From: Lama glama
Taxonomy: Eukaryota
Assembly: GCA_028534125.1 (NCBI GenBank)
Contig: CM052817.1
Span: 90,026,001-90,090,000 of the forward strand
Direction of reading: 5' to 3'
Length of the DNA stretch: 64,000 nt
The position numbers were made by a program, and so were the translations under genes. This document shows, in pieces, positions 63,451 through 64,000 of the stretch; position 1 is the first letter of the stretch, and each line of letters begins with the position of its first letter. The notes under the pieces are model-generated. The model had not been told where the DNA came from. It saw only the letters and a list, made by a program, of their open reading frames with translations, and searched no databases.

Positions 63451-64000
63451 TGACCTTCTTTGTGCTGTCCTACAGCATTTGCTACATTTAGAATCCATGT
63501 GAAATCAACAATCTTGCAGGCCTTAATTTTTGTGATTACCACAAGAAAGTTTATGATTTTCATTTGTATACCTTAGTGTTTATTAAGTTATCTGGCATCC
63601 TAAAATTATGTATTTTTACTTTGCTCTGCTTACCTCCATGTTGGTAGTTTGTTACAAATTAGAAAATGGACTTGATTTAGGCATGCATATATTAACACCT
63701 AGACTGCATGTGCAATGGAAAAATCTTACTAGCTTCATGCAGAAAGGTCATCTCAATACTAAGAATAGTCAAATACCAGTTAGTAGTTTTGATAGCAAAT
63801 ATATAGCTATCTTTTATGAAGACAATAAACAGCAAGTTAGACTAATTCATTTGTGTTCCAGAGTCAGTTCAATGTCAGTGTGTTGACATATTCTTACTGC
63901 CAAAGAATACCTTATGCACAGAAACATCCAAGGACATTCTGTAACTAAGTGTTACAGAGAGATTATTAGATAATTTTTAAAAAGTCAATTATAGCCTTAT

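Noticed and set aside
1..64000. CRISPR arrays, operons or other prokaryotic systems
   Set aside because: Spliced mammalian gene with SINE/LINE content. No regularly spaced repeat-spacer array or dense ORF packing.

Overview
Mammalian genomic DNA, not prokaryotic. The left quarter holds the complete PCDH18 (protocadherin-18, delta-2 family) gene on the minus strand. Its four coding exons (16191-13705, 12918-12830, 12739-12576, 5037-4370) join at GT-AG junctions into 3408 nt, i.e. 1135 aa plus stop. A GC-rich CCAAT/GC-box promoter lies at about 16.6-16.9 kb and a roughly 2 kb 3' UTR ends near 2.33 kb. The remaining ~47 kb is an AT-rich upstream gene desert of old interspersed repeats (L1M, L2, MIR, MER5, MER20, MLT1), microsatellites and a few repeat-free blocks that look like enhancers. 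The most notable elements are retrotransposition chimeras. One is a full-length U6 snRNA copy fused to an L1 3' end inside one target-site duplication (60544-60825). The other is an L1 3' end joined to a tRNA-Ala(AGC)-derived SINE (54601-55010). The tRNA-Ala SINE and the L1 3' ends suggest a camelid, which is inference from recalled repeat families. Other points worth checking are a NAGNAG acceptor, a possible exon-1 read-through isoform, five uATGs, and a textbook orphan exon on the + strand at 31563. I see no support for a wholly new biological system. Repeat family names are by eye and their boundaries are approximate. Nearly all other ORFs in the track are spurious.
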